NCBI GenBank assembly: GCA_964614625.1 | Contig: CAZTPD010000001.1 | Location: 3,497 to 67,496, forward strand | DNA from: an uncultured Sphingosinicella sp. | Lineage (GTDB): Bacteria; Pseudomonadota; Alphaproteobacteria; Sphingomonadales; Sphingomonadaceae | DNA length: 64,000 nucleotides | Direction of reading: 5' to 3' | In this document: positions 18,889-28,712 of the stretch, one piece after another | Layout of the letters: each line of letters opens with the position of its first letter | How positions within the stretch are numbered: position 1 is the first letter of the stretch | Made by a program: the position numbers and the translations under genes | Notes under the pieces: generated by a model | Database searches by the model: none | Told to the model about the DNA's origin: nothing | What the model saw: only the letters and a program-made list of their open reading frames with translations

Positions 18889-19617
18889 TCAGCCCCGGCC
18901 CAGATAGGGCTGGGCGATCGGCAGGATCGTCGACGACAGGATGTTGATCTCGTCCGGCACGGCGGTCATCAGCGCGACCAGTTCGGCGACATGCGCGGCT
19001 TCCATGGTGCGGTCGGTGGCCTGGCGGTCCTCCTTGCCGCCCGCCAGCTCGCTGATCGTCGATCCGGGATGCACGATGGAGGCGGTTATCCCGTGCGGCC
19101 GGCCGTCGAGCGCGAGCGAGCGGGTGAGGCCCTCCAGGCCGAACTTGGTGGTGGTGTAGGCGATCGTGTCGGGGCGGGGCATCTGCGCCGACAGGCTCCC
19201 GATGTTGATGATGCGGCCACGCCCGCGCGGCCGCATCGCGCGGATCGCCTCGCGGCCGCACAGGAACGCGGCGGTGAGGTTGATGTCGATGACGTCGCGC
19301 CATGCCGCGAGCGTCATGTCGATGGTCGGGCAATGGACGGCCACGCCGGCATTGGCGACAAGCAATGTGACCGGGGAGAAGGCCTCGGCGTCGGCGAACA
19401 GGCCCGCCACCTCCGCTTCGCAAGTGACGTCGGTCGGCCGGATGAGGGTCCGGCCATCGGCGGCGCCCAGTTCCTGCGCCAACGCTTCCAGGCGATCGAC
19501 GCGGCGCGCGGCGAGCACGAGCCGCGCCCCTCCCGCCGCCAGAGTCCTCGCGACGGCCGCTCCGATGCCCGAACTGGCGCCGGTGATGATCGCGGTATGA
19601 CGCGAAAGATCCTGCAT
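18889..19617 (-). CDS. SDR family oxidoreductase
   Basis: TGASSGIG, ANAG, YTTTK; ATG 19617 preceded by GGAGAG. Confidence 0.93.
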   Translation of the reverse strand: MQDLSRHTAIITGASSGIGAAVARTLAAGGARLVLAARRVDRLEALAQELGAADGRTLIRPTDVTCEAEVAGLFADAEAFSPVTLLVANAGVAVHCPTIDMTLAAWRDVIDINLTAAFLCGREAIRAMRPRGRGRIINIGSLSAQMPRPDTIAYTTTKFGLEGLTRSLALDGRPHGITASIVHPGSTISELAGGKEDRQATDRTMEAAHVAELVALMTAVPDEINILSSTILPIAQPYLGRG

Positions 19618-19679
19618 GTTGCTCTCCATGATGACGCGCGCGCGCCGCGATTGCCGTGGGCAACGGCTTGCGCGAACCG

Positions 19680-21788
19680 CTATGACTCGTTCGAGATTTC
19701 CGCCCAATCCTCATTCGCGCGGCGGATCAGATAGGCGTGGATGGCCTCGGCCTCGTCCCGGGTCAGCGCGTCCCCGAAGCTCACCATGCCGCTGTCCGCC
19801 CGCGTGCCCTCGAGCACGATGTCGTTGAACTCGGCATGCGTGTCGGGCGTCATGCGGCGCAGATCCTTGACGCCGCCGCGCGCCTGCTCGGCATGGCAGC
19901 TCGCGCAATGTTGGGCGTAAAGCCGTTCGCCGCGCGCGATGACCTGCCTGCTCGCATCGGTATCGGCCGGCCGCTCCGGCCCGTCTGCGATCCCCTCCAT
20001 GGGCGGCAGGCTCGCCGTCCCGCCCAGCCTGAAGACGAGCAGGCGGGGCCGATCGAGCGGGAAGCCCAGATCCCTGGCGCTGGCCGCATGGCCCAGCCCG
20101 CCGCCCCAGCCCGCATTGACCGCGATATATTGCACGCCGTCCACCATATAGCTGATCGGCGCGGCGATCGGCACCTGCCGGACCGGCAGTTCCCAGACCT
20201 TCTCGCCGGTGTCCGCCCGATATGCGGCGAAGGTTCCGTGCACCGTGCCCTGGAAGACCAGATTGCCCGCGGTCGCGAGCACGCCGCCGCTGCCGCGCAG
20301 CGGATAGGGGACGCGCCACCGCTCCGTTTGCGTCGCCGGGTCCCAGGCGGTCAGCCACATCCTGTTGTTTCTCGCCGCGAAATCGGCGGCGGCCCTGCGG
20401 GTCAGGTCATAGCCGGTCGTCGAGATGCCGAGCTGGCTCATATTTCCCGGCGTCTGGATGAAATCCGGGTTGAGGGAATAGGCCATGTACATCTCGGTCA
20501 CCGGGAAATAGGCGAGGCCGGTTTGCGGGCTGAAGGCCATCGGGTGCCAGTTGTGCCCGCCGCCGGGGCCGGGCGTGATGATCACGGGAGTCGTGCCGTA
20601 ATTCGCCTCCGGGTTCATGATCGGGCGTCCGGTGGCCCTGTCGATGCCCGTCGCCCAGTTCATCGCGACATAGGGCTCGGCCGAGATCAGCTCCCCGGTC
20701 GCGCGGTCGAGGACATAGAAGAAGCCGTTCTTCGGCGCCTGCATCAGCACCCGGCGCGGCTCTCCGTCGATCTCGAGGTCGGCGAGGATCATCGACTGGG
20801 TGGCGGTATAGTCCCACTGCTCGCCCGGCGTGGTCTGATAATGCCACACATATTCGCCGGTCTCGGCTCTCAGCGCGACGATGGAGGAGAGGAACAGATT
20901 GTCGCCGCCCTGGGGGCTGCGATAATATTGCGGCCAGGGACCGCCATTGCCCACCCCCAGATAGACCAGATCGAGATCGGGATCGTAGACGATGGAATCC
21001 CAGACGGTGCCGCCGCCGCCGCGCCGCCACCACTCGCCCGTCCAGGTCTCGGCGGCCATTTCGAGGATCGCGTTCTCCTGCGGCTCCGCGGGATTGCCGG
21101 GGACGGTGTAGAAGCGCCAGAGCTGCCGGCCGGTATCGGCGTCATAGGCGGTGACATATCCGCGCGCCGCGCCCTCGGCGCCCGCATTGCCGATGATGAC
21201 CCTGCCGTTGGCCACGCGCGGGGCGCCGGTGATGGTGTAGGGCCAGACCGGTTCGAGCGTATCGACGCTCCACACCGGTGTCCCGGTCCGCGCGTCGATC
21301 GCGATCAGCCGCCCGTCCAGCGTCGCGATGATGATCTTGTCGTCCCAGGCCGCCAGCCCGCGCGTGACGATGTCGCAGCAGGCAAGCCGGCCCCTCTCGC
21401 GATCGACCTGCGGATCGAAGCGCCACAGCTCCCTGCCGGTGGTCGCGTCATAGGCGGTGGTGACGTTCCACGGCTCGATATTGTAGAGGACGCCGTCGAT
21501 CATCAGCGGCGAGGCCTCGACCCCGCGCGCGACCGGGATGTCGGCATACCAGGCCAGGCCGAGCTGCGCGACATTGTCCGCGTCGATCTGGGTCAGCGGG
21601 CTGAACCGCTGTTCGCCGTAGGTCCGGCCCGGCGCCATCCATTCGCCCGGCTCCCGGTCGGCCGAGAGCAGGCGGGCATGGGAGACGCCCCGGCTTCCGG
21701 CGCCCTCGACCCCATTCTGGCTCAGGCCCTGCCCGGCGATCGCCAGGCAGCCGAGCATGCATGTGAATCGCCACAGGATCGACGACAT
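19680..21788 (-). CDS. PQQ-dependent quinohemoprotein alcohol dehydrogenase (type II)
   Basis: QRFSPLTQI, vicinal CC (ACCDIVTRG), RGYVTAYD, WDYTATQ, APKNGFFYVLDR, C-terminal CASCH. Confidence 0.93.
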   Translation of the reverse strand: MSSILWRFTCMLGCLAIAGQGLSQNGVEGAGSRGVSHARLLSADREPGEWMAPGRTYGEQRFSPLTQIDADNVAQLGLAWYADIPVARGVEASPLMIDGVLYNIEPWNVTTAYDATTGRELWRFDPQVDRERGRLACCDIVTRGLAAWDDKIIIATLDGRLIAIDARTGTPVWSVDTLEPVWPYTITGAPRVANGRVIIGNAGAEGAARGYVTAYDADTGRQLWRFYTVPGNPAEPQENAILEMAAETWTGEWWRRGGGGTVWDSIVYDPDLDLVYLGVGNGGPWPQYYRSPQGGDNLFLSSIVALRAETGEYVWHYQTTPGEQWDYTATQSMILADLEIDGEPRRVLMQAPKNGFFYVLDRATGELISAEPYVAMNWATGIDRATGRPIMNPEANYGTTPVIITPGPGGGHNWHPMAFSPQTGLAYFPVTEMYMAYSLNPDFIQTPGNMSQLGISTTGYDLTRRAAADFAARNNRMWLTAWDPATQTERWRVPYPLRGSGGVLATAGNLVFQGTVHGTFAAYRADTGEKVWELPVRQVPIAAPISYMVDGVQYIAVNAGWGGGLGHAASARDLGFPLDRPRLLVFRLGGTASLPPMEGIADGPERPADTDASRQVIARGERLYAQHCASCHAEQARGGVKDLRRMTPDTHAEFNDIVLEGTRADSGMVSFGDALTRDEAEAIHAYLIRRANEDWAEISNES

Positions 21789-22048
21789 CCCTACTTCCCC
21801 TCCCTGGAACCCGAAGCGGGCATCCGCGTCGGCGCGCTGCTCGAACCGCGCGTCCGGCGCGGCTCCGAGGCATGCATAATAACCAACGCTATCATATCTT
21901 GTCGAATGGCATTTGTCATGCCACAACGCAATTCATCGAACGGGAGGCGCGGCATCACGGGAAATCGGACAGGCTTCGGGAGCCGCCGTCCCATCGGCCG
22001 GGCGCGTTCGATCCATCCCCGGTATCCGGTTGAAGGATCGCCCTCCTG

Positions 22049-23233
22049 ATGGACCTTCAATTCACCGACGAGGAACGCCGTTTCCGGGCGGACGCGCGCG
22101 AATATCTGCTCGCCAACGTGCCGGCGCGCATCCGCGAGGCGGTTTACGAAGAAAAGCCGCTGCCGCGCGCCTGGATGGTCGAGGCGCAGCGGATTCTCCA
22201 TCGCGCGGGCTATGCGGTGCCGCACTGGCCGGTCGAATGGGGCGGCCGGGACTGGTCGCCGATCAAGCGCGCGATCCTCGCGGAGGAGATCGACCGCAAC
22301 GCCGTGCCCAAGCCGCTTGCCTTCAATGTCGCGCTGGTCGGCCCCGTCATCGCCGCGTTCGGCAGCGAGGCGCAGCAGCGCCGCTTCCTGCCCGCCATCG
22401 CCAATCTCGACATGTGGTTCTGCCAGGGCTTTTCCGAGCCCGGGGCCGGATCGGATCTCGCCGCGCTGAAGACCTCGGCGAAACGCGACGGGGACGCCTG
22501 GCGCGTCAACGGCCAGAAGATCTGGACGACATATGCGCACCACGCCGACTGGATCTTCTGCCTGGTGCGGACCGACGCCGGCGGACGCAAGCAGCAGGGG
22601 ATCTCGTTCCTGCTGATCGATATGGCGACACCGGGCATCAGCGTGCGCCCGATCCGCACGATCGACGGCTATCACCATGTCAACGAAGTGTTCTTCGACG
22701 ACGTGCCGGTTCCCGGCGAGAATCTGGTGGGCGAGGAGGGGCGCGGCTGGGACTATGCGAAATACCTGCTGGGTCAGGAGCGCACGTCGATGGGCAATGT
22801 GGGCTTCTGCCGTCGGCGCCTCGACCGGGCACGCGGGCTTGCGTGCGCGGCCGGCCTGATGGGCGATCCCGCGTTTCGGCGGCGGCTGACGCTGGCCGAG
22901 ATCGAGCTGAAGGCGCTGGAGATCACGCAGATGCGCGTCGTCGCCGGCGCGCCCGTGCGCGGCGTCGATCCCAAGACATCCATCCTGAAATTGAAGGGCG
23001 GGGAGGTGCTCCAGAGCGCCGCCGCCCTGTTGCTCGATACGCTCGGCCCGGAAGCGTTGACCGCGGGCTTCGCGGACGTGGAGGATGATGCCGAGTTCCA
23101 TGGGCTCGACGCCCGTTCGGCATTGCTCTCGGCCTATTTCAGTTCGCGCAAATACTCGATCTTCGGCGGATCGAACGAAGTGCAGCGCAACATCCTGGCG
23201 AAGGCGGTGCTCGGCCTGGGGCGCGCCGCGTGA
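22049..23233 (+). CDS. Acyl-CoA dehydrogenase (PimC-like large subunit)
   Basis: FCQGFSEPGAGSDLA, NGQKIWTT, NEVFFDDV, SIFGGSNEVQRNI. Confidence 0.92.
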   Translation: MDLQFTDEERRFRADAREYLLANVPARIREAVYEEKPLPRAWMVEAQRILHRAGYAVPHWPVEWGGRDWSPIKRAILAEEIDRNAVPKPLAFNVALVGPVIAAFGSEAQQRRFLPAIANLDMWFCQGFSEPGAGSDLAALKTSAKRDGDAWRVNGQKIWTTYAHHADWIFCLVRTDAGGRKQQGISFLLIDMATPGISVRPIRTIDGYHHVNEVFFDDVPVPGENLVGEEGRGWDYAKYLLGQERTSMGNVGFCRRRLDRARGLACAAGLMGDPAFRRRLTLAEIELKALEITQMRVVAGAPVRGVDPKTSILKLKGGEVLQSAAALLLDTLGPEALTAGFADVEDDAEFHGLDARSALLSAYFSSRKYSIFGGSNEVQRNILAKAVLGLGRAA

Positions 23234-24333
23234 ATTTCGACATGAGCGAAGAGCAGCGCCTGCTGGCCGATGCCGTGACCAGGCTCTTCGGGGCGCATCA
23301 GGCGGAGGTCCGCGATGCGCGGACGGCGTGGCGCGACTATGGCGAAATGGGCCTGCTCCGGCTGCCGTTTCCCGCCGATCTCGGGGGCCATGACGGCAGG
23401 CCGGAAGACGTGATGCTGGTGATGGAGGCCTATGGCCGCACGCTGGCGCAGGCGCCGTATCTGCAATCCATCCTGCTGGCGGGGCGCGTGCTGGCGCTTG
23501 CGGGCGCCGGGGATCTGCTTGCCCCCGTTCTGGCGGGCGAGAAGATCGCGGCGCTATGCCTCCATGAGCCGGGACAACGCTATCGCTGGAACGCCCCGGC
23601 CACGCGCGCGGCGCGGACCGGTTCGGGCTGGGTGCTGGACGGGCGCAAGGTCGCGGTGCTGGACGGCGGCGATGCCGACATCCTGCTTTGCGTCGCGGCC
23701 ACAAGCGGCGGGCCGGGCCTGCTGCACGTTCCCGCCGGCACGCCGGGCGTGACGGTCCGCGCGCGCCCGACGCCCGACGGGCGCACCGCCGCGGACATTG
23801 ATTTTCAGACTGTCGAACTGCCGGCCGATGCCGTGATCGGGTGCCCGGACAGGATCGAGGCGATTCTGGCCGAAGCAATCGACGGGGCGATGGCGGCGTG
23901 CTGCGCCGAGGCGACGGGGGCGATGGACCGGCTGCTGGAGATCACCACGGAATATCTGATGACCCGGGAGCAATTCGGCGTCGCGATCGGCAGTTTCCAG
24001 GCGCTCCAGCACCGTGCCGCCGAGATGCTCGTCGCCGTCGAGCAGGCGCGTTCGATGACCATCTACGCGGTTTCGATGCTCGGCGCGCCGGCGGCGGATC
24101 GCGGCGTCGCGGTGGCGGCGGCAAAGGCGCTGGTCAACCGCGCCGCGCGCTTCGTCGGCGGCGAGGCGATCCAGTTGCATGGCGGCATGGGGCTGACCGC
24201 GGAATATCCGGCCGGGCGATATTATCAGCGGCTAACCGTCATCGAAACGATGCTGGGCGATACCGATCACCTGCTCGAACATGTCGAGCGGGCGGGCGGC
24301 GTCTTCGCCGAGAGCCTGCCCTGTCCGGATTGA
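23230..24333 (+). CDS. Acyl-CoA dehydrogenase (PimD-like small subunit)
   Basis: REQFGVAIGSFQALQHR, IQLHGGMG; GTGA overlap with the upstream gene. Confidence 0.9.
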   Translation: MNFDMSEEQRLLADAVTRLFGAHQAEVRDARTAWRDYGEMGLLRLPFPADLGGHDGRPEDVMLVMEAYGRTLAQAPYLQSILLAGRVLALAGAGDLLAPVLAGEKIAALCLHEPGQRYRWNAPATRAARTGSGWVLDGRKVAVLDGGDADILLCVAATSGGPGLLHVPAGTPGVTVRARPTPDGRTAADIDFQTVELPADAVIGCPDRIEAILAEAIDGAMAACCAEATGAMDRLLEITTEYLMTREQFGVAIGSFQALQHRAAEMLVAVEQARSMTIYAVSMLGAPAADRGVAVAAAKALVNRAARFVGGEAIQLHGGMGLTAEYPAGRYYQRLTVIETMLGDTDHLLEHVERAGGVFAESLPCPD

Positions 24334-24365
24334 ACGGTCACCCCGGCGAAGGCCGGGGTCCGTTC
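24332..24365. terminator. REP-like hairpin / bidirectional terminator between convergent genes
   Basis: gaacgg-tc-accccggc-gaag-gccggggt-ccgttc. Confidence 0.6.
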
Positions 24366-24396
24366 GTCTTCAGCGGAGCCGGGCCGCCTGTCCTCG

Positions 24397-25272
24397 TCAG
24401 CTTCCGTCGCGCTTGTAGTTTCCGAGGCCCGGCTTGTAGGTCTTCTCGTCCAGGAACTGGGTCATCCCCTTCTCGCGGCCCTTTTCGCGATCGACGAAGG
24501 TGGTCTGGTCTCCCTTGGCGGTCAGATATTCCGCCGCCAGCTCCCAATCCATCTCCCGGGCGTATTTGTAGGCCATGCGTGCCTGACGCAGCGTGGTGGG
24601 GTTCTTGCCGAGCAGGTTGCGGGCCAGCTCGCGGGTCCGCGCCTTGAGCTGGTCCGCCGGCACGGCCTCGTTGACGAGACCGAGCTCGCGGGCGCGGCGG
24701 CCGTCGAACTTCTCGCCGGTCATGATGTAGTAGAGCGCCTCGCGATCGCCCATCAGGGTCGAGATCGCCTTGGAGACGACGCCGCCGGGAATGATGCCCC
24801 AGTTGATCTCGGAAAGCCCGAACGTGGCGTCCTGGTCCGCGATCGCCAGATCGCAGCAGATCAGGGGGGTGAACGCCCCGCCGAAGCACCAGCCGTTGAC
24901 CATCGCGATGGTCGGCTTGGCGTAGAACATCAGGGTGCGCCATTGCCAGGCGCGCGTCTCGCGATAGGCCCGGTGCCGCTCGACATCGCTGATGTCGTCG
25001 GTCGCGCGGAAGAATCCCTGAAGGTCCATGCCCGCCGAGAACGCCTCGCCGCTTCCGGTCAGCACGATGATGCCGCATCGGTCGTCCAGCTCGAGCGCGT
25101 CGAGCACCTGATTCATCTCGCGCGCCAGCTCCACGCTCATCGCGTTGCGCTTCTCGGGGCGGTTGAGATGGACCCAGGCGATGCCCTCCTCGAACTCGAC
25201 CAGCACGGTGTTGCCGCCGGGAATGGGCCTGGTGTCGCCCGTCTGCATCGCCATGTCGCTCGCCTCCATCAT
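24397..25272 (-). CDS. ferB: p-Hydroxycinnamoyl-CoA (feruloyl-CoA) hydratase/lyase
   Basis: Crotonase fold with HCHL-type AWQWRTL, MVNGWCFGGAFTPL, SEINWGIIPGG, EKGMTQFLDEKTYKPGLG. Confidence 0.88.
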   Translation of the reverse strand: MMEASDMAMQTGDTRPIPGGNTVLVEFEEGIAWVHLNRPEKRNAMSVELAREMNQVLDALELDDRCGIIVLTGSGEAFSAGMDLQGFFRATDDISDVERHRAYRETRAWQWRTLMFYAKPTIAMVNGWCFGGAFTPLICCDLAIADQDATFGLSEINWGIIPGGVVSKAISTLMGDREALYYIMTGEKFDGRRARELGLVNEAVPADQLKARTRELARNLLGKNPTTLRQARMAYKYAREMDWELAAEYLTAKGDQTTFVDREKGREKGMTQFLDEKTYKPGLGNYKRDGS

Positions 25273-25303
25273 CGTCTCCGTCTCTTTGTCGGTTATTCCT
25301 GGA

Positions 25304-27469
25304 TCACTCGCCGGTGACGATCAGCGCGTCGAGCGCCACCGCGCCCTCGCCTTCGCCCAGCACCATCAATGGGTTGATGTCGATTTCCTCGATGTTGAGC
25401 CCCGCGCGCATGACCGCGCCGATCCGGACGACCACATCGGCGACGGCATCGACATCGCGCGCGGGCCGACCCCGGAATGCGCCGAGCATCTTCGCGCCCC
25501 GCAGGCCGCGGATGCGCGCGACCGCGCGGCCGTGCGAGATGTCGGCGGGCAGCAGCTCGGCGGCATCGAGGGCCTCGACGAGGACGCCGCCCAGCCCGAC
25601 CATGACCGACGGCCCCCATTCCGGATGGTTGCGCGCGCCGACCACCAGCTCGAGACCGGGCGCCGACATCTGCTCGACCAGCACGCCGTCGATCTCCGCG
25701 TCACCGAGATTGCCCATCAGCTGCGCCCAGCCATCACGCAGCCCGGCCTCGTCCACGAGGTTCAGCACGACCCCGCCGATATCGCTCTTGTGGCTGAGCG
25801 CGGCGGCCTGCGCCTTGAGCACGACCGGCCAGCCGATGCCCCGGGCGATCCCGATCGCATCCTCCAGGGTCACGGCGAGCCCGCCTTCCGGTACGCGCAC
25901 GCCGATCCCGCGCAGGAATTCCTTGCCGACATATTCGGGCTTCACCCCGGCCGTCGCCAGGCCCGGCACGCCGGTCGCGGCCGGCGTGCGATCGTCCACA
26001 TTGCGGATCGCGGCGGCATAACGGCGCGCGGCGCCGAATGCGCGCATCGCACGCTCGGGAGAACGGAACAGCGGGGTTTCGCTCGCCCGCATCGCCGCGA
26101 CGAACTCGGGGTCCAGCGGCGATTCATCGCCGGTGATGGCGACGGCGACGGGTTTCGCGGAGGCCAGCGCCTCCGGGATGATCGCCTCGCCCTTGGCGCG
26201 TTGCTGCGACGGGCCGCCGCCCGCCATCGGCAGCAGCACGCCGCTCACCGCCGGGTCGGCCAGCATCGCCGCGGTCGACAGCCCGAAGATATCGCCCTTG
26301 GCGAAGCCGGTGGTGCCGATGTCGAGCGGATTGCCGACCTCCATGGTCGCGGGCAGGAGGCTCGCAAGCCGCGCGAGCGTCGCGGCCGAAATATCGGCCA
26401 GCGGCAGCGCGATATCGTCGGCGAAATCGAACGCCATGCCGCGCAGCGCCCCCGAATTGGTGACGATGGCGAGCTCGCCCGCCACGGGCGCCGGAAAGCG
26501 ATGGAGGATGGCGACCGCGTCGAACAGCTCGTCCATGCTCTCCACCATGACCACGGCCTCGTTCTCGACCGCGGTCCGCATCAGCGCATAATCGCCCGCC
26601 ATCGCTCCGGTGTGCGATTGCGCGGCTTCCTGCCCGCGCTTGCTGCGTCCGGGATGGAGCATGATCACCGGCATGCCGGCGTCGCGCGCGCGCCGCGCGG
26701 ACGCGAGAAACGCCGCGGGCTCGCGAACCTGCTCGACGTAGAGCGCGATCGCATCCGCGCGGCCTTCCGCGACGATGAAGTCGATCATGTCGCTGGCGCG
26801 GACCACCGCCTCGTTGCCCGTCGCGGCCTGAAGCGCGACCGCGATCCCGCGGCCTTGCATCGCGGCGCGGATGCTCGATGCCATGGCGCCGCTCTGCGCC
26901 ACCACCGCCACGCTTCGGCGCTTGCCGAGCGGCTGCGGGTGCGCCGGCTCGAAGGTGAGCGCGGCATTGTCCGCATAGTTCACATAGCCCATGCAATTGG
27001 GGCCGAGCAGCGCGATGCCGGCTTCGCGGCAGAGGGCCGCGATGGCTTCCTGCTCGCGGCGCCCTTCCTCCCCGCCCTCGGCGAAGCCCGATGCGAAAAC
27101 GACGGCCCCGGCCACGCCGCGCCGCGCCGCGGCTTCCAGCGCGGGCAGGATGGCCACGCGCGGTATGTTGAGAACGAGGGCGTCGACGCCGTGCGGAAGA
27201 TCATCGACGGAACGCCGGCAGGGCCGTCCGTCGATTTCGTCGCGGGTCGGGCTGATGAGGTGGAGATCGCCCTTGAAACCGAATCTGCCGCAATTCGCCA
27301 GCAGCACGCCGCCCATCGTGGCGGGGTCCGAAGAGGCGCCGGCGATGGCGATCGAGCGCGGCCGCAGCAAGCGGCTCAGCGACGTGCCCGGCTCAACCGG
27401 GCCGGCCGGCCCCTCGGCTCGATCGGTCACCGAAACCTGGTCCGCATCGACATGGCTTTCCTGCGCCAA
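25304..27469 (-). CDS. ferA: NDP-forming acyl-CoA synthetase (acetate-CoA ligase family), probable feruloyl-CoA synthetase
   Basis: LLRPRSIAIAGAS, GPNCMG, QSGA, SHTGAMAG phospho-His, HKSDIGGV, DINPL; directly upstream of ferB. Confidence 0.75.
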   Translation of the reverse strand: MAQESHVDADQVSVTDRAEGPAGPVEPGTSLSRLLRPRSIAIAGASSDPATMGGVLLANCGRFGFKGDLHLISPTRDEIDGRPCRRSVDDLPHGVDALVLNIPRVAILPALEAAARRGVAGAVVFASGFAEGGEEGRREQEAIAALCREAGIALLGPNCMGYVNYADNAALTFEPAHPQPLGKRRSVAVVAQSGAMASSIRAAMQGRGIAVALQAATGNEAVVRASDMIDFIVAEGRADAIALYVEQVREPAAFLASARRARDAGMPVIMLHPGRSKRGQEAAQSHTGAMAGDYALMRTAVENEAVVMVESMDELFDAVAILHRFPAPVAGELAIVTNSGALRGMAFDFADDIALPLADISAATLARLASLLPATMEVGNPLDIGTTGFAKGDIFGLSTAAMLADPAVSGVLLPMAGGGPSQQRAKGEAIIPEALASAKPVAVAITGDESPLDPEFVAAMRASETPLFRSPERAMRAFGAARRYAAAIRNVDDRTPAATGVPGLATAGVKPEYVGKEFLRGIGVRVPEGGLAVTLEDAIGIARGIGWPVVLKAQAAALSHKSDIGGVVLNLVDEAGLRDGWAQLMGNLGDAEIDGVLVEQMSAPGLELVVGARNHPEWGPSVMVGLGGVLVEALDAAELLPADISHGRAVARIRGLRGAKMLGAFRGRPARDVDAVADVVVRIGAVMRAGLNIEEIDINPLMVLGEGEGAVALDALIVTGE

Positions 27470-27664
27470 ACATATTCTCCCCCGATGGAACGAAACCGGC
27501 TCGGCGCCATGTTGGCGCCCGCCGTCGAAAGGTCCAATGCCGATTTTGGCGGGTTACGATATGCGAAGGTTATGGGTTCGAGGGGGCCGGCGATCCGATA
27601 CTTTCACGATATCGGCGGCTCCCGGATAAGGAATTGGACGCGCCTTGCGAGAGCGTGTTAGGAT

Positions 27665-27679
27665 ATAAGCCAGGGTGAC
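27665..27679. promoter_or_regulatory. Operator-like motif ATAAG-CCAGG-GTGAC
   Basis: Copy of a 15-bp motif recurring in several intergenic regions; between divergent ferA-like and cupin genes. Confidence 0.55.
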
Positions 27680-27742
27680 GGTTGACGCAACCGTCCGGCG
27701 ACCTGCCGGCGCGACGGCGGGCAAGAGTCCAGGGAGAGCCAA

Positions 27743-28660
27743 TTGTACGGACGCGATGATCTGAGAGCCAGCCTTGCCCCCCGGTCGAAGACCCCCGCGC
27801 CGACGGGTTTCAAGCGCGCGAGCTATGCGCGCTTCTACGCCCAGCCCCCGCAGGAGCGGACGGCGCTCGCCGACAGCTGGTATGCGCGCGGCCAGACGAT
27901 GATCGTCGCCTATAGCGAGGTGAAGCCGGGCGCCGTCTTCGAGCGCGCCGGCCAGCCCGACGAATATGTCGTTGTCCTCCCCGACGAGGAGGTCGAGGTG
28001 GAGATCGCGATTCCGGAGGGCGCCTGGACCGCGACGGGGCGCAGCATCGCCTTCGTGCCCGCGGGCGACAGCAAGGTGACGGTGCTGAAGGGCGGGCGGA
28101 TGGTGCGCCTGTTCACGGTCCGGTCGCAGGATCTCGCCGCGCGGTGCGGCAACGCGGCGGATTATGCCGACGCCGATCCGAACATCCCGCCGTTTCAGGC
28201 CTGGCCCGATCCGGTGGGCGGGCGCAAGGTGCGCGTCTATCCGGGCGATGTCGCGCCGGAGCAAGGCAGGTTCGGACGGATCTATCGCGGCTCGACGATC
28301 ATGGTGAACTTCGGCGACGGGCGCGTCGGCCCGCGCGCGGCCGACAATCTGTCGCCGCACCACCATGACGATTTCGAGCAATATTCGATCGCGCTCGACG
28401 GCGACTATATCCATCATCTGCGCTGGCCCTGGATCAGCGATTCGACCCAATGGATCGATGACGATCACGAAAGCTGCGCGGCGCCTTCGGTCGCGGTGAT
28501 CCCGCCGCCCGCCATCCACACCTCGCAGGGCGTGGCGCCCGGGCTCAACCGGCTGCTCGACGCCTTTTGCCCGCCGCGCCTCGATTTCTCCGCCAAGCCC
28601 GGCTGGGTGCTGAACGCCGACGACTATCCGATGCCCCGGCCCCGGGACGACGCCGAATGA
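27743..28660 (+). CDS. Conserved hypothetical cupin-fold protein
   Basis: SPHHHDDFEQ and IPPPAIHTS metal-binding cupin motifs; TTG start after GGAGAG. Confidence 0.75.
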   Translation: MYGRDDLRASLAPRSKTPAPTGFKRASYARFYAQPPQERTALADSWYARGQTMIVAYSEVKPGAVFERAGQPDEYVVVLPDEEVEVEIAIPEGAWTATGRSIAFVPAGDSKVTVLKGGRMVRLFTVRSQDLAARCGNAADYADADPNIPPFQAWPDPVGGRKVRVYPGDVAPEQGRFGRIYRGSTIMVNFGDGRVGPRAADNLSPHHHDDFEQYSIALDGDYIHHLRWPWISDSTQWIDDDHESCAAPSVAVIPPPAIHTSQGVAPGLNRLLDAFCPPRLDFSAKPGWVLNADDYPMPRPRDDAE

Positions 28661-28712
28661 CCGGCCGGACCGCCGATCTTCCGTAAGGCGCCGTCGCGGC
28701 GCCGCGCGCGGG

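Noticed and set aside
19737-27661. Long plus-strand ORFs 19737-22049 and 25145-27661
   Set aside because: Antisense to the PQQ dehydrogenase and the CoA ligase; no motifs
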